63,872 nt of DNA, filler included, from Octopus bimaculoides (GCF_001194135.2; 5 parts of 4 records of this genome joined end to end with filler, not necessarily neighbours in it); one strand, 5' to 3'. Counted from the whole stretch's first letter, positions 48,236-62,240 are shown. The notes: generated from the sequence alone by a model not told the origin. Numbers and translations: made by a program.

Positions 48236-50033
48236 GTACAGGCAGATGCATTTCACTTGGTAGTTGGTCAGTCTAGTAGTAAATTGGTCAATGTTAGTAA
48301 ATTGCTAAACAATTTTTGCAGCCGACAAAGTAATGCAAATCGCAAAGTAATAATTTCCGTAGCTGTACGACAGTCGATTGACTACAAACTAGACGGACAT
48401 CTGAACCAAATGATATGAAAAAATAAATTTGCGTGTGCGGGTGTACGCATGTATATATATATATATATATATATNNNNNNNNNNNNNNNNNNNNNNNNNN
48501 NNNNNNNNNNNNNNNNNNNNNNNNNNNNNNNNNNNNNNNNNNNNNNNNNNNNNNNNNNNNNNNNNNNNNNNNNNNNNNNNNNNNNNNNNNNNNNNNNNNN
48601 NNNNNNNNNNNNNNNNNNNNNNNNNNNNNNNNNNNNNNNNNNNNNNNNNNNNNNNNNNNNNNNNNNNNNNNNNNNNNNNNNNNNNNNNNNNNNNNNNNNN
48701 NNNNNNNNNNNNNNNNNNNNNNNNNNNNNNNNNNNNNNNNNNNNNNNNNNNNNNNNNNNNNNNNNNNNNNNNNNNNNNNNNNNNNNNNNNNNNNNNNNNN
48801 NNNNNNNNNNNNNNNNNNNNNNNNNNNNNNNNNNNNNNNNNNNNNNNNNNNNNNNNNNNNNNNNNNNNNNNNNNNNNNNNNNNNNNNNNNNNNNNNNNNN
48901 NNNNNNNNNNNNNNNNNNNNNNNNNNNNNNNNNNNNNNNNNNNNNNNNNNNNNCCTCCTTCTCCTCGCCTTCTTTTCTTTCTTTCATTTTTTTTTTAGTC
49001 CATCATTCCGCCTTGTTATCTTTAATTTTTTTCCTGGTTATCATTTCGTCCTCTTCTCTTTCTTTTTATTTTTATCGTTTCTCTGCTTTCTTATATTTCT
49101 GACTATTTGTTTTTCATACATATCATTCTCAAACGGAAATTAAAAGATATTTATTGAATAGAATTTGATTACTGTGTGATAGCTATTCGAAAGAAAAGAG
49201 ACAATATTGGACTAGAAAAATAAAACAAACAAATACAATACAATAATAATTAAACAAAGAAAACCAACGAAAAACTAACGAATTAAGACAACTCTTCACT
49301 CCTCACAGAACATAGTTATATACACACATGATTCCATTTTAAAAAGAAAAAAAAATGTCTTAATCGTTTTGTAAGAATGTATCGGGTTTTTAACAGCCTT
49401 CAGACAAATAACGTATAACATCGAAGTCATAAAGCGAAGATTAATGGGAGAGATATGTAAAGAGATTGATGAAGGGAGGAAGGGGTCTCGGGAGAAAGAG
49501 GAGGGGGTAAGAGTCAAGATAGAATTATAGGAGCAAGAGTCTGGCTTATTCATTGATGCACACTGTGAAATTGTTTAGCATTACGTTAGCATAATCAAGT
49601 TTCTCGTTATGTGACTCAAGTTTTGTTATTGATTGGTGGCTTTTAGTTTTTGCTTTAATATTGCTTGTGTGGCATGTTTTTTTTTTATATATATTTTCTG
49701 TTTCTTGTGTTTATAATGTAGATGCACTCATAGTTTATGAAGAAGATCGAAGTCAATGATAGATAAATGGAATGCTGAGAGACAAGCAAAAAGCATATTT
49801 GATTGCAGGGGAGATTTATATACACACGTACACACATACATACATACATACATACATACATACATACATACATACATACATACATACGTACATACACGCA
49901 AAACGTTAACACACACATATATAGAATACTTAAAATATAGGTATCAGCAGAATTGGGTCAATACACCAGGCGAGTGGAGCAAAAGAAAAAGCTTATTGCT
50001 TATCAGTTAAAACACAGTGGGAAGAGAGAGAGA

Positions 50034-50077
<44 letters not shown>

Positions 50078-50484
50078 GAGTAAGAGAGAGACAGACAAAG
50101 AAAAAGAAAGAAGGAGAGAGAGAGAGTGAGAGATAATGGGGAAGAGAGAGAGAGTGAGAGATAATGGGGAAGAGAGAGAGTGAGAGATAATGGGGAAGAG
50201 AGAGAGAGAGGATATGATTTTCTATTTCAAGTACAATTAAACTGTAACAACAAAACTGTTTGAAGATAGAAATGTTACAAACCAACATGGAAGCATGAAA
50301 CGCACTAAGAAACGAGAAATTGTGTACCACGTGTCTTTCTTGTTCAGTTCTATGCTAAACTAATATTGCTTTAAATTTCATGGGTATGGCTAAGATGATT
50401 ATATCGACCCCAGTACTCAACTACCGTTTCGAAACGGCCGTAACCTTAATACAAATTCATTTCGCACACACACACGCACGCACG

Positions 50485-50549
<65 letters not shown>

Positions 50550-51149
50550 ACACACACACACGCACACATATATATAGCTCCATATAGCTTAAAATTTCGA
50601 GTGCGGAGGATACGTCCAACCTTTCACATATTAGATGACCTAATATCAGATGAAAATGTGCTGTGCACAAGGCCACAATTCTTTAAGTTATATGAAGCTG
50701 AGTTAATCTGTTATTGTTATTAAAAATATATGTAACACTTACTTCGTATACACGTAGACACGATTACACACACATACACACATAGGCGCGCGCACATTTC
50801 CCCCGGAAACTAAATGGAATAGGTTGGCTGTATTTTAATGTGGGCTGTTTTCTTTTAGATTTCTGCTCTTCATATTCGACTCTCTGCTGGATTCACTACT
50901 TTGCCCCATTACAATAGGAGTTCGGCAAAAGGAACCGAAAGAATAAGTGGCAGCCTTTAGAATAATTAGGTATAATTAAGTCAAGTTGTTCGTCTTAAAC
51001 CCTTAAACTCAAGTGACTGAAATAGGTAAGAGACAAAACATAGACCAGCCATAGACCAACCTCTTATATTTGTAAGTGCAATCATTTTTTTTGGTACATG
51101 TATATAAACATCTTCGAGATGTGGATGCTGAAATCTTAAAGGGATCAAA

Positions 51150-51660
51150 GGCAGGCTGGAAGGCTTTTTAACACAATAAAGGGTGCCCTCCAAGTAAATC
51201 TGGACAATACCATGCGTGCCAAACTCTTCAGTAGCACCATGCTACATGCGCTGTTATATGCAAGGGAGATGTTGGGTAATATGAAGAAGATAGAACACCG
51301 ATTGGCTATGATGCAAAGGGCTATGGAAAGACCCATGCTAGGAATATCACTAAGAAGGCATGTTTGAATTGAGATAATTCGAAAACAGAGCACAGTCACC
51401 GATACGATCGCAGAATGGCGAAAGCACAAATTCTGCCGTTCCGGACAAGTCGCAAAATTCACAGACAACAGGTGGAGCAGTGAAGTTGAAGAGTGGTATC
51501 CAAGAGATCGGAAAATTCCAATTGGAAGGCCTCTAAGACGATGGGAAGATGATGGGAAGACGATTTAGTTAAGCGATTTGGGTGAAGAGAGAAAAGAATG
51601 ACGCAATCAAGATAAAATTGGAAGCGCATTGTGACCAGCGGTGTATAACAGCATCTGATG
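51150..51660 (+). mobile_element. RTE-clade LINE ORF2 3' fragment
   Basis: RAKLFSSTMLHALLYARE...QRAMERPMLGISL...GQVAKFTDNRWSSEVEEWYPRDRKIPIGRPLRRWED (RTE GHvaR..D.RW...W.P...R..GRP..RW.D motif). Confidence 0.9.
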
Positions 51661-52583
51661 GTCTAGTCGATGTTGTGATGTTACTGGGGTAATAAAATTT
51701 AAACAAGGGAAACATCAATTTTATATGTGAGCTTCAGGATCCGATTTGTGGACTTAGAAATACTGTTCCATTGTAATGTCAGCGTCACCATATCAATAGC
51801 AAAACTAATGTTGCGAATAGAGTAGGACTTTGTAAAGCAAATATCGTTGCAAGAACGAAATCAATCAACGGATTGGTTTCAATGCACAGCAGAACATTCA
51901 GATAATGTCTACTGCTGCTTCTCTCAAAAACAATGGAAAGCCATTTCGGCTGCTATTTTTGCAATGGGTTTTTAATTATTTGAGATTTAATTGTGTATTC
52001 ACAAATCATATTAAGTGAGGGTTAATGGTCCATGAAATATGTGATGATGTCCGCTATAACTGGGCAAAATAAAAATCGATATATTGACACGGCGCAATTC
52101 ACTCTTCTTTACAAAAAAAAAAAAAAAAGAATGAAACATTTCTGAAATATGACAGTATATTGATGTTAGCTGAACAGGTTTAATGGCATGCTCTCTTCTC
52201 GTTTTTGTATTTGTGTCATTGTATAAGTATTACGCTTAATAGTATAAAACTATGCCGTGTAAAACCAAACATGTGTACAACAAAATCTCTAATTCATAAT
52301 TACTAAAGAAATACAATGTTTTACTTGGGATGTGTTTAAAATATGCTTAAAATAAACACTACACAATTATGTGGTTTATGTGAAATGCGTCTGTTGATAC
52401 TTGGCAGTTATCGATTTCATTGAAGCACGCGTGGAACATATAGAAATTAATAGGTGTCTACGAAAACATTTGAATTGCCTCGATTTCTGAATCATCCTGT
52501 ATATCACAAATAATAATATATATTATAACATAACCATCTGGATCATGAAGTAATGGGTTGGTATTTTTTATTGGAAAGTTTAG

Positions 52584-52935
52584 GGCGGTGAACTGGCAGA
52601 ATCGTTAGCATGCCGGGCAAAATGTTTAACGGCATTTCGTCCGGTTTTACGTTCTGATTTCAAATACTACCGGTGTTGACTTTGCAATTTCATCATTTCT
52701 GGATCGATAAAATAAGTACCAGTTGACCACAGGAGTACGCAATAATAGTTGGAAAGTAGGTGGCGAGCTGACAAAATGCTAAGGGGTTAATCTTCTGGCT
52801 CTTTACGTTGTGAATTCCTATTTCACCGAAGTCGACGTGGCCATTCATTCGTTCACTGCGATAAAATCATTTGGTACTGGGCTCCGATATAATCGACTTA
52901 CCCCTCGCACAAGATTCCTGGCTGTGTTCCAACAT
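52584..52935 (+). mobile_element. Two tandem type A SINE copies (52584-52735, 52759-52935)
   Basis: Both have ggcggtgaactggcagaa / ggtggcgagctgac heads and the central gacttt...ataaaat...tac domain. Confidence 0.82.
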
Positions 52936-52999
52936 TACGTAGTACAGTAGTTTGGAAGCGGTTTGTGAAAGTTTCTGTTGTTTTCTCGCAATAATAGTC

Positions 53000-53100
53000 T
53001 AAACTTTTGTCATTTGGTCAGCATTCATTTGCCGACCCCGAAACGATGATGGGCATAGCGGACCTCGGCCTCTTCAAGATTCTGTCAGCTCGCTGCCTTT
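53000..53100 (-). mobile_element. Degraded type A SINE fragment, inverted relative to 52584-52935
   Basis: ccgaccccgaaacgatgatgggcatagcggacctcggc resembles cgaccccgaaaggatgaaaggcaaagtcgacctcggc. Confidence 0.65.
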
Positions 53101-55690
53101 GTTTTCTCGTAATATTTTTAATCGAAAGCATTTAATCTGTGACCTTTTCTGGATTTCTAGCACTACATAGTCGAATTAGTTGTTCTCAGTTTTGATAGAT
53201 GGTTGAAACTGGACTTGAGATATATTTCGACGCTGTATCTAAGATCGCGGAGCGTTCCAGCCAAGACAGTCCTTTCTTATTTTCAGGCAGTGCATCTAAT
53301 ACTGCTGTCTAAATTGTGCCTTTCATTTTAGAGATATAAGATTTAATTTGAGGGAAGATCGGTTACTTTTTTATCGCCGATTGAGTGATCCAATTGATGT
53401 TCCCTCTGTTTTAGTAATGGTACAGACGTTTCGAACAATTATGCTTTATTTCGACCCCCAACATTATCATTCAAATACCATCGGAACTAATATCTTTTAA
53501 TAAATGTCAGTGATCTGCTGGCCTAATTAAAGTAGCAATAGTTTCCACAGAAAACAATAGCACTTTGATCAATATTTTTAGTCTGTAAGAATATGGTGGA
53601 TTTTGTAGGGACATAAGACCAGTGAAGTAAATAATAGAAAAATATTGGTGATTCTTCCCTCTGACTTGAAAGTTCTGAAAAATTAATCAGCCATTGAATC
53701 GATAAAATAATTACCAGTCGATTCAATCAATCATAAATATCTTCTGAATTTTTAATTTTATTCGGCGTTCAAAGATATTACTATTTACATTTTCTGAAGT
53801 AACAGCATACTGTGCTCAATCGAACTGAGGAACGCATGATTTATTGGCATCAGGTCAAATAGTTTTGTCTCTTTTTACACCAGTTCCCAGAATGTAGGTA
53901 CAAGAAGTACTAGATTATCGTGAAATTTCGACAAATATAAAGAATCTTTTTTTAAATACGAATTACAAATATCAATCAAACATCTCTTACTGGGTGCGTT
54001 TTTATCGTTCGATAACAGCGAAAGTCTGTATGGTGTTGTGATGTTCATTACGTTCTCGGTAGAACAAAGGATTTGGATGAAATGAAAGGAGATAAATTAT
54101 TATCAAAAGTGACTTATTTCGCTTTGAAGGGCGATAGATTTATTTTACAAGACCCCCATTACGTAATCATTCTTTTGAAATATTCAACTTAATTTAACTT
54201 TTATTACTGTTGCCCGCAGTCTATTCTGATCCAAACCATTCCAACTGTAGCCAATCTGCCTATTTCAATTAGGAGGGAATACATTTTTCAATGCATTATT
54301 CTCTTTTTAAGATGACTGAGTGTGAGTAGAGGGAAATTTGCCGACTGTTTCACATAGATCGAATGCAGATCAAACGTTGCTTTGCCGACTTCGATATTTT
54401 TAGATGGAGCTATTTGCTCCCCATCTACTAAACCCTATATGAATTGTAACAACTATGTGGTTACAATTATTATCGATTATAACTATTATTAATTATAATT
54501 CATGTTAAATGAAGAGAGATATTAAAAATATAACATTTAGCAGAGTTTGTCAAAACACTGTCATTTGTAAAAAAAAAAATGAGCATGTGGATTTATATAG
54601 AAGCCGTATTGTGAAAGCCGTATGGTCATGTTATTCAAAACACATTTATATTCCATTATGCAAAGCGTCTGAAAGATGCTAAGCAGTATTCATCACTTGT
54701 ACACTGAAATATTCTTATAAATCTACAAAATTGAAGTAAAATGAACGTTTCTAAATGTTTTAAATTATAGTCATAGCAACTTTTAATGCACTTACTAGTG
54801 AAATGTTCTTGTAACATGCAGGCGGTGTCTGAAAGTTAACTTCTATATAATTGTAAGAATTACTCCAATGCAGTCTGTGGAATTGTATTGTTTAACATTA
54901 GTTTCAGAATATTTATTTATTTTAATGTTGGCTTAAATTGAACACCCACGTAACTTTTGTATTATGATTACAATTTCAACAAATATCCTTATTGATCTAT
55001 AATTTTGAGATATTTATTTCCAATAACGATGCACGTCTCACTGATATTTAAAATCGTTGAATTCTAGTCAACGGCCAACGCTATTTTGATATCATTTCTG
55101 ATAGAAACGATCATACGAAGATTAATGATAAAAGTTATTGGTTAAATTTTCAGTTTTTCTCCAAGTCACATTTATGTAAATGTGAACATTATATAACGCT
55201 GCTATAGAAATTTAAATCCTAGTTTAATTATAAAAATAACGTCTTCAACTTAACTTGTTATTATTATGTATGGATAGCATAATATTCACTTGTTTGGTAG
55301 GATTCTAAAGTTTCCAGACTATTTAAGCGTGCATATATTTGTCATTCCACGAACTGAAGCATAAAATAGAAATTGGGGAATAACTGTATTTGCAGCTCGA
55401 GAAATTGCTTGTTATAATTACAATTGGTTGGTAGAATTGTTAAAATGTTGCTGAATAAACTGATTTGTGTTCTTTACTCACGTCTTTTTATATTCTAGGC
55501 GAAACCCTGTCCTGATCAATTATTTTACTTTGCACCTTATCGGGTTTAATATAATTCATTTCTTACCACAGAAATTATCGAACTAATTTCTATGCTAAGA
55601 ATCCTTATTATGCGCACCTTCATATGTCTGGTTGATGAGAAACAAGTGAGATTGTCGACAATAATACTTGGTAATAATTAATTATATAAA

Positions 55691-55905
55691 GGCGGTGATC
55701 TGGTAGAATCGTTCGCGCGATGGGCAAAATGCTTAGCTGCATTTCGATGGCCTTCACGTTCACAGTTCAAATTCCACTGAGATCGATTTTGCCTTTCATC
55801 CCTTTCAGGCTCGATAACATAAATACCAGTTGAGAAATGGGTCGATGGAATCGACTTATTCCTCCCCTCGAAATTGCCGGTCTTGTGCCAAAATTTGAAA
55901 TCAAT
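55691..55905 (+). mobile_element. Type A SINE
   Basis: ggcggtgatctggtagaatcgtt...ttttgcctttcatcc...ggtcttgtgccaaaatttgaaa. Confidence 0.9.
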
Positions 55906-55984
55906 AATTACTTATCTCAATTTCATTCGGTACTCAAGTCTGACCATATTCAATGTCCAACAGTAATAATAAAACATGTATATA

Positions 55985-56078
55985 GTTCTATATTTAAGAG
56001 ATGAGGAATTATGTACATTATTTACATTTGACGGATATTTGTCCTCATCTTGTTTATTGTAAACACAACGTTTCGGCT
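55985..56078 (-). mobile_element. Penelope-type terminal repeat fragment
   Basis: Same family as 61-118; on the minus strand cagccGAAACGUUgug survives but the CUGAUGA half is missing. Confidence 0.62.
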
Positions 56079-56622
56079 GAGTCTCAATGCAAAGAACACG
56101 AAATTTATGGTCTTCAATGAAATTAGAAGCAATTTCCGGCCAAATTGTTCCGAAAATGGCCCGCAACTCCAGATAGTCTAACTTCAAGTACCGTGGGTCT
56201 TATGTTGTTGACAGTAACAAAGACGTCCTTATAAGCAAGTGATTAACGGAACCATGTCTACATACATGCATACATTCATACATACATACGTACATACGTA
56301 CATACGTACATCTACATACATACATACATACACACACCCACACACATACATACATACATACATACATATACACACACACATTAAATACATACATACATAC
56401 ATACATACATACGTACATATACATACACACATACATACATACATACATACATACATACACACACATACATACATACACACACACATACATACATACATAC
56501 ATGCACACATACATGCATACATGCATACATACATACATACATACACATACATACCTACATACATACATACATACATACATACACACACACATACATACAT
56601 CCATACATGCATACATACACAC

Positions 56623-56990
56623 CTGAATAGAATGCAAACATAAGAGATCCGACATAGTGATTTGGGAGAAGGGAGAAGAGAAACTATCACACTAGTGGAA
56701 ATCCTTTGCTCAGCGGAGGTTAACATAGAACTAAATATCAGCGAAAAATAAATCACCTTCGCTGAATTATTGAGAAATGTGCAGCCGTATCCTGATTACA
56801 AGTTCAGATTTATGCATGAAAGTAGAAAAATAATTCGTAGAATACAGACATAAATCATCAACGGAAGTGACAAAATGTGTAAAAGTTTCCAGAAGTTTAG
56901 TATTTAAATATACATGCGTATGTCTAGACATCCAACTATATGCATAAGAATACATAAAACAAAAAAATCTGTACGTGCAATGACTTCAAA
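56623..56990 (+). mobile_element. R4/Dong-type (RLE-encoding) non-LTR retrotransposon 3' fragment, internally deleted
   Basis: CKHKRSDIVIWEK...VEILCSAEVNIELNISEK*ITFAELLRNVQPYPDYKFRF...IRRIQT*IINGSDKMCKSFQKF, a PD-(D/E)xK restriction-like endonuclease region. Confidence 0.8.
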
Positions 56991-57254
56991 TATTGCACAT
57001 ATACACAAAAATGCATAAATAGGCAGTTGAAGTTGTTTAAAATGAGCCGCCTTAAATCTAGATTAGAAACTGACACGTTCTGTAGTGGCATAAAATCTAG
57101 ACATTAAACTGAATAACAACTTAGAAATATAGCTTATGTACTTTGGAAGAAGCACGAAATAAGAGGCGATAGAGCACTGACAAATTCTATTTATCGAAAA
57201 AGCAAGACAAAACAATGGGCATTTCACAGAGAAGATAATCTTTTCTCCTCTAAG

Positions 57255-57670
57255 CACAAGACCCGAAATTTTTGAGGAAGGGGGCCAATCGATTAGAATG
57301 ATCCCCAGTAGCAACTGGTACTTAATTTATCGACCCCGAAAGGATGAAAGGCATAGTCAACCCCAGCGGAATTTGAACTCCGAATGTAAAGACAGACGAA
57401 ATACCGCTATGCATTTCACCTAACCTTTCTTATTTCTTCATTGCCCACAAGGGGTTAAACATAGAGGGGACAAACAAAGACAGACAAACGGATTAAGACG
57501 ATTATATCGATCCCAGTGCGTAACTGGTACTAACTGGTACTTATTTAATGGACCATGAAAGGATGAAAGTCAAAGTCAACCTCGGCGGCATTTGAACTCA
57601 GAACGAAACGGCAGACGAAATACCGCTAAGCATTTCGCTCGGCGTGCTAACGTTTCTGCCAGCTCACCTC
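57255..57670 (-). mobile_element. Two tandem type A SINEs (57255-57425 partial; 57425-57670 full)
   Basis: cgaccccgaaaggatgaaaggc...gaaataccgct; the second copy has a local duplication taactggtactaactggtact. Confidence 0.92.
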
Positions 57671-57714
57671 CTTTTCTCAGAGCAGATAATCCGTGCATAC
57701 TTAGCACGAATGAC

Positions 57715-58553
57715 ACAAACCATCTGAGAAATTAATCATATTAAAAGAATGACGTGGAGTACCGACAAGTTTATGTGACCCCATTTTGAACGCTACCTCC
57801 ATGCAATTCAAGAAGAAGGGATCCCCATCAATTATCTGTAAAATAAAATGCAGAAAACATTGACAACAACAAATGTAGTCTGTGCAAAACCAACACTGAA
57901 GACATCGATCACATTATTGCCAGCTGCGAGAGATTGTCTTTCAGATATTATCTTCTCATGGGCGGAACAGTCTGGAACAGGATAACAGAAAAGAAGACAT
58001 CCATAGAAGAAGTTGATTAGATTTAGACCGTTGGACCAAGAGAATATCCGTGGAACTTAAAAACTAAAACAGCCACCAAGTTAAAATACAACATGTTAGA
58101 TACTGTGTGGGACTACTTGGAGAAAATATGTTCATTTGTGGAAATCAGCTGCCCACTGGACACCGATGTGGTTTTAGAAAAGTACAAGGTAAAGACGATA
58201 TCTATGGACTGTTGATGAGGTGTTTGCAAATCCATTACTCAACATACAATTCCACCTTCATACAAATTATCATTGGAGCAACAGGGTACATACCAACCAA
58301 TCTGGAGCAAAATATGGTTGAACTTGAGTTCTTGGGATCGAATATGAGTTAATAAATACACTAAAAATGACCATGCTATCTGAGACTATTCAAATCTGCA
58401 AGACCTTCTTAGAATTTAAAAGACGTGGAAAAGAACAAGATGATTCCTTTCACAAATTTGAGATCAAGCAGGTGGCTGTTCAGAATTAACTCAAAATTTC
58501 AAAGATATAAAAGAACGTACACTTACATAAAAGCTAGAAATAAAACTTAATAA
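57715..58553 (+). mobile_element. R4/Dong-type non-LTR retrotransposon 3' end (CCHC knuckle + RLE + 3' UTR)
   Basis: HFERYLHAIQEE...NKCSLCKTNTEDIDHIIASC...EISCPLD...DDIYGLLMRCLQIHY...IIIGATGYIP...ICKTFLEF*; the 3' UTR ends in aaaacttaataa directly followed by (CA)n. Confidence 0.87.
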
Positions 58554-58887
58554 CACACACACACATACACACACACATACACACACACACACACACACAT
58601 AGGATATGTGTTTATATATCTATCTATCTATATATATATATATATACAATCACATAGACATGTATGTATGTATGTATAAATGTATAAATGAATGATAAAT
58701 TAGAGATCTACGGATGAAAAGCCGGAGTATGAGGGAGAGGCGGGAAATGAATATTTGACAAGCAAAAGTGAGCAAATTGAATGAGTGATTGGATGTATGG
58801 TAGATAAACAGATAATCGATAAGTACAAAAGGAGTGAAAGAAAGAGGCGGCATGTCAGTTTGAGAGACGCACATGCATACCCCCCCC

Positions 58888-58930
<43 letters not shown>

Positions 58931-60361
58931 TAGAGTGCGTGTGTGTGTATGCGGGTGTGTATGCGTGTGAAAGTTGCAGAAGCGCCTACGAAAGTGGAAG
59001 TGTTGTAATGTTAATATTGATGTCTAAAGTAGATCGATATAGTCAATGGACTGAGCGAATGTGGTGAGTCACAGCAAATTTAAATTCTATCTTAGTCTTT
59101 CAGTTTTCAAGACCGTATAATCCTATTTGATGGCGTTACATTATTATCTTTGATTCAAACTTAAATGCCGCTGCATCTGACAGTCAGCGTCGTGAATTTA
59201 AGTATGTGTGGTTCTATGTCTTGGTTTGTGTGCCACCCCGATGTGAGTGTTGTGGTGTGTGTGTGTGAGAATGGTTACTGCTCATATATACATATATACA
59301 TACAGATTGTGAATATTTGTTTAGAAGTAAAGTTTAAGAGAACGTGAGAGAGAGGTGACGGTAAAGAACGAATAACAGTGGTAGACAGGGGGAAACAGAG
59401 AGTAAGAGAGTAAGATAGAAAGAGTGGTGGAGGGGGTTAGAGAAGGTGCGCAGAAACAGGATGAATGAAATTGAAGTGGATAAAGAAACGACAGAAAAAT
59501 CTGGAGTGTTAAAGAGGTTAAAGATTTGATGAGAGATATTAAACAAGAATCGGAAGGAGTGAAGCGAGAGTAGGAAGGAACAGAGCGGCAACAATCTTTA
59601 GTCTAAAACATCCACATTGAAATGGAAAGAGGAAGGTGTGTGTTTGAGGGAAAGAGAGAATGCGAAAAAGCATATTCTGTATACACAGATATATGAATAT
59701 AATGGAAGAGTGATTTGAAAGTGATCTTTCGGTTTTTGCTTTATTTAAATTTATTGTTGTTGTTGTTGTTGTTATTGTTTTATTATGTTAATGTTCTTAC
59801 AGGAAATCTACAGTTAATGGACTGAAAATGCGTGATGGGCCATCGGGTTAAGTTAAAGTAGATGCAACCCACTGATGGTCTAAACTAAGATGGAAGCTGC
59901 AGATACAGAGAGAGAAAGAGAGAGAAAAGACATTGAGAAAAGAGCAACGATTGAGACTGGAGCAGGTTTGGGAATCTTAACAGAATTTATTTCATCCTTA
60001 TCCATCGCATTGTTATTGTTGTTGTTGGTGTTGTTATTTATGTTATGCGTTGTGTTAATGACACAATGCGTTGTGTCATAATGACATCATACACTTCTTC
60101 GCTTTATGGACAATAAATGAGAAATAAAGGCATTAATTTAATCAACGATTATCAAACATTTATACAGAGACTTGGTGTCCGGGACGCAGTACTCCATAGG
60201 AGGGCGGTGAGCGGGGAGATCCCACATCTTAACTCGTTCTTAAAGTTTTAGTTTCGATCCATCTTGAATCAATTAATCTTTTTTCTCACCAAAATAATTC
60301 ATTCTGTTTCTGAGTTGTCTGTGAAAATTATTAGATATTTGTAAAACATAATTCTAATTTT

Positions 60362-60745
60362 GGCGCAGGCGTAGAAGTGTAGTAAGCAGTTTTCTTCCCA
60401 ATCACATGGCTCCAGGTTTAGACCCACTGCGTGGTAAATTCGGCAATTGACTTCTACTATAGCATCAAGCCGACCAAATGCTTGTGAGTAGATTTGGTAG
60501 ACGGAAACTGAAAGAGGCCTATCGTGTGTGTGTGTATATATATATATAATCTGTCTATGTTTGACCCCCACCCACTTGAAACCGATGTTGGTGTGTTTAT
60601 GTTTCCGTAGCCTAGCAGTCTAGCAGGTTTAATAAAAAGGAATGGTGTCGATTTGTTCGGCTAAAAAACTTTGCAAGGCGGTGCTCCAGCATGGCTTCAG
60701 TCTAGTGACCGAAATATATAAACGGTAAAAGATCAAAACTAAAAG
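60362..60745 (+). mobile_element. Full-length diverged type B SINE
   Basis: ggcgcaggcgtag...ggtagacggaaactgaaagagg...(tg/ta)n...aaggcggtgctccagcatggc...aaaagat. Confidence 0.88.
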
Positions 60746-60879
60746 ATATCGAAGAATCTAGAAATGTGTCTGTTACTGTTTTGTAAAAGCACCATCGTCA
60801 TTTGATCTTTCATGCACCCAGGATACATAGATTACCGCGTACTATGGTTAGCCTCAACCAGTTACACTTCTCTATAAAA

Positions 60880-61170
60880 GTTAGGCCTTTTTAAATAGAA
60901 GGATCAATATTTATGCTGATGGTTTCAGGTGGGAAAACATGAAGATGTTTGGAAAATCTGCGATGAATGTAGCATCGTATAAGTGGAGCCGATAATGATG
61001 GCACCGACGATGATAATTTCAGGAAGGGGTGGAGTAATATATGTGTTCTTGGTGCCGGAAGAGATGTAGTGGAAAGGGCGTTGATGATTGTAGCAATTCT
61101 CAGAGTATTAGTGGGAGTAGATGTATTTAGAGGTTGAGTCAAGGCGATTTGGATGTCTATGTGGATGATA
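60880..61170 (-). mobile_element. Possible old Penelope-like relic (RT-to-endonuclease linker)
   Basis: GYHP../IDIQIALTQ...LLHPFLKL...RRFSKHLHVFPP loosely follows the gYp..iI..al...yHP..l...F..l...iFp pattern; heavily decayed. Confidence 0.35.
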
Positions 61171-61179
61171 TCCAGGTGA

Positions 61180-61553
61180 GAGGCAGAGAAGGAGAGAGAG
61201 GGATAGGGAAGGAGAGAGAGGGAGAGGGAGAGAGAGAAGGAGAGGGAAGGAGAAAAGGAGAGGGAGGGAGAGAGAGGGAGGGGAGAGAGAGGAAGAGGGA
61301 GGGAGGGAAAGAGGGAAGGCGAGAGAAAGGGAGAAAGAGAGGGGGGAGAGAGAAGGAGAGGGAGGGAGAGAGGAAGAGGGAGGGAAAGAGAGAAGGAGAG
61401 GGAAGGAGAGAAGGAGATGGAGTGAGAGAGAAGGATATGGAGGGAGAGAAAGAGGGAGAGAGGGAGACAGAGAGAAGGAGAGAGAGAGATAGGGTGATGG
61501 AGGGAGAGAGAGAAGGAGATGGAGAGAGAAGGAGAGGGAGGGAGTGAGAGAAG

Positions 61554-61584
<31 letters not shown>

Positions 61585-61585
61585 G
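61180..61585. repeat. Purine-rich (GA/GGA)n low-complexity tract (similar tracts at 10410-10710 and 50030-50210)
   Basis: Direct inspection. Confidence 0.97.
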
Positions 61586-62240
61586 TAAGCAACGTACATA
61601 CGCAATGAAACTACCTTTAAGAGTGAAGTTCGAGTAAAGAGTGTAGTTTTGAAGCCGTAGATATGGAATATAGAGATTGAGAGGTTAGAAAGATTTGAAT
61701 CTCACTGTGTAATAGGGTTGCGTGTTGCGTAATGTGAAAGGCTGACCGGAATCTTCGGATCTGAGTGCACGAATATTAGAAAAGAGGCAGAAAATTGTGT
61801 GAGCGAATATATTTTAGATTTTGACATGTAATAATGTAGAAAGGACATTTGTACAACAGAGCTACCTCTGTGAGAAAGACAGCCCAGGTCAAGCAGGTAG
61901 TGTCAAAGTAGATCACGTGATGTGCGTATTACCCTTCGATCACCAAATATAATGTAATATCATTGCTTTAGTTCTCGGACGGTGCAATAACTGAGACTTG
62001 GAATATCGTGTTGTATACATTAGGAAATAATATTGGCATTTTATATCTTATTGACCAATACATTGATCACCATTATTGTATAAAGATCGATTGAGTAAAT
62101 TACATACAGAACGGTTATCTTTGTGAAAAAATTGGTGCTGATATCACACAACATTATCATCATATTAAAGCCAAGGCAGTTTCAATATTTGATAGAGCAA
62201 GAATATATTAACATGTCTCACTAACATGTTTTGAAAGAAA

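Noticed and set aside
50859-50950. Apparent exon after gttttcttttag|
   Set aside because: The downstream sequence is a degraded type B SINE tail (ttcggcaaaaggaaccgaaagaataagt).
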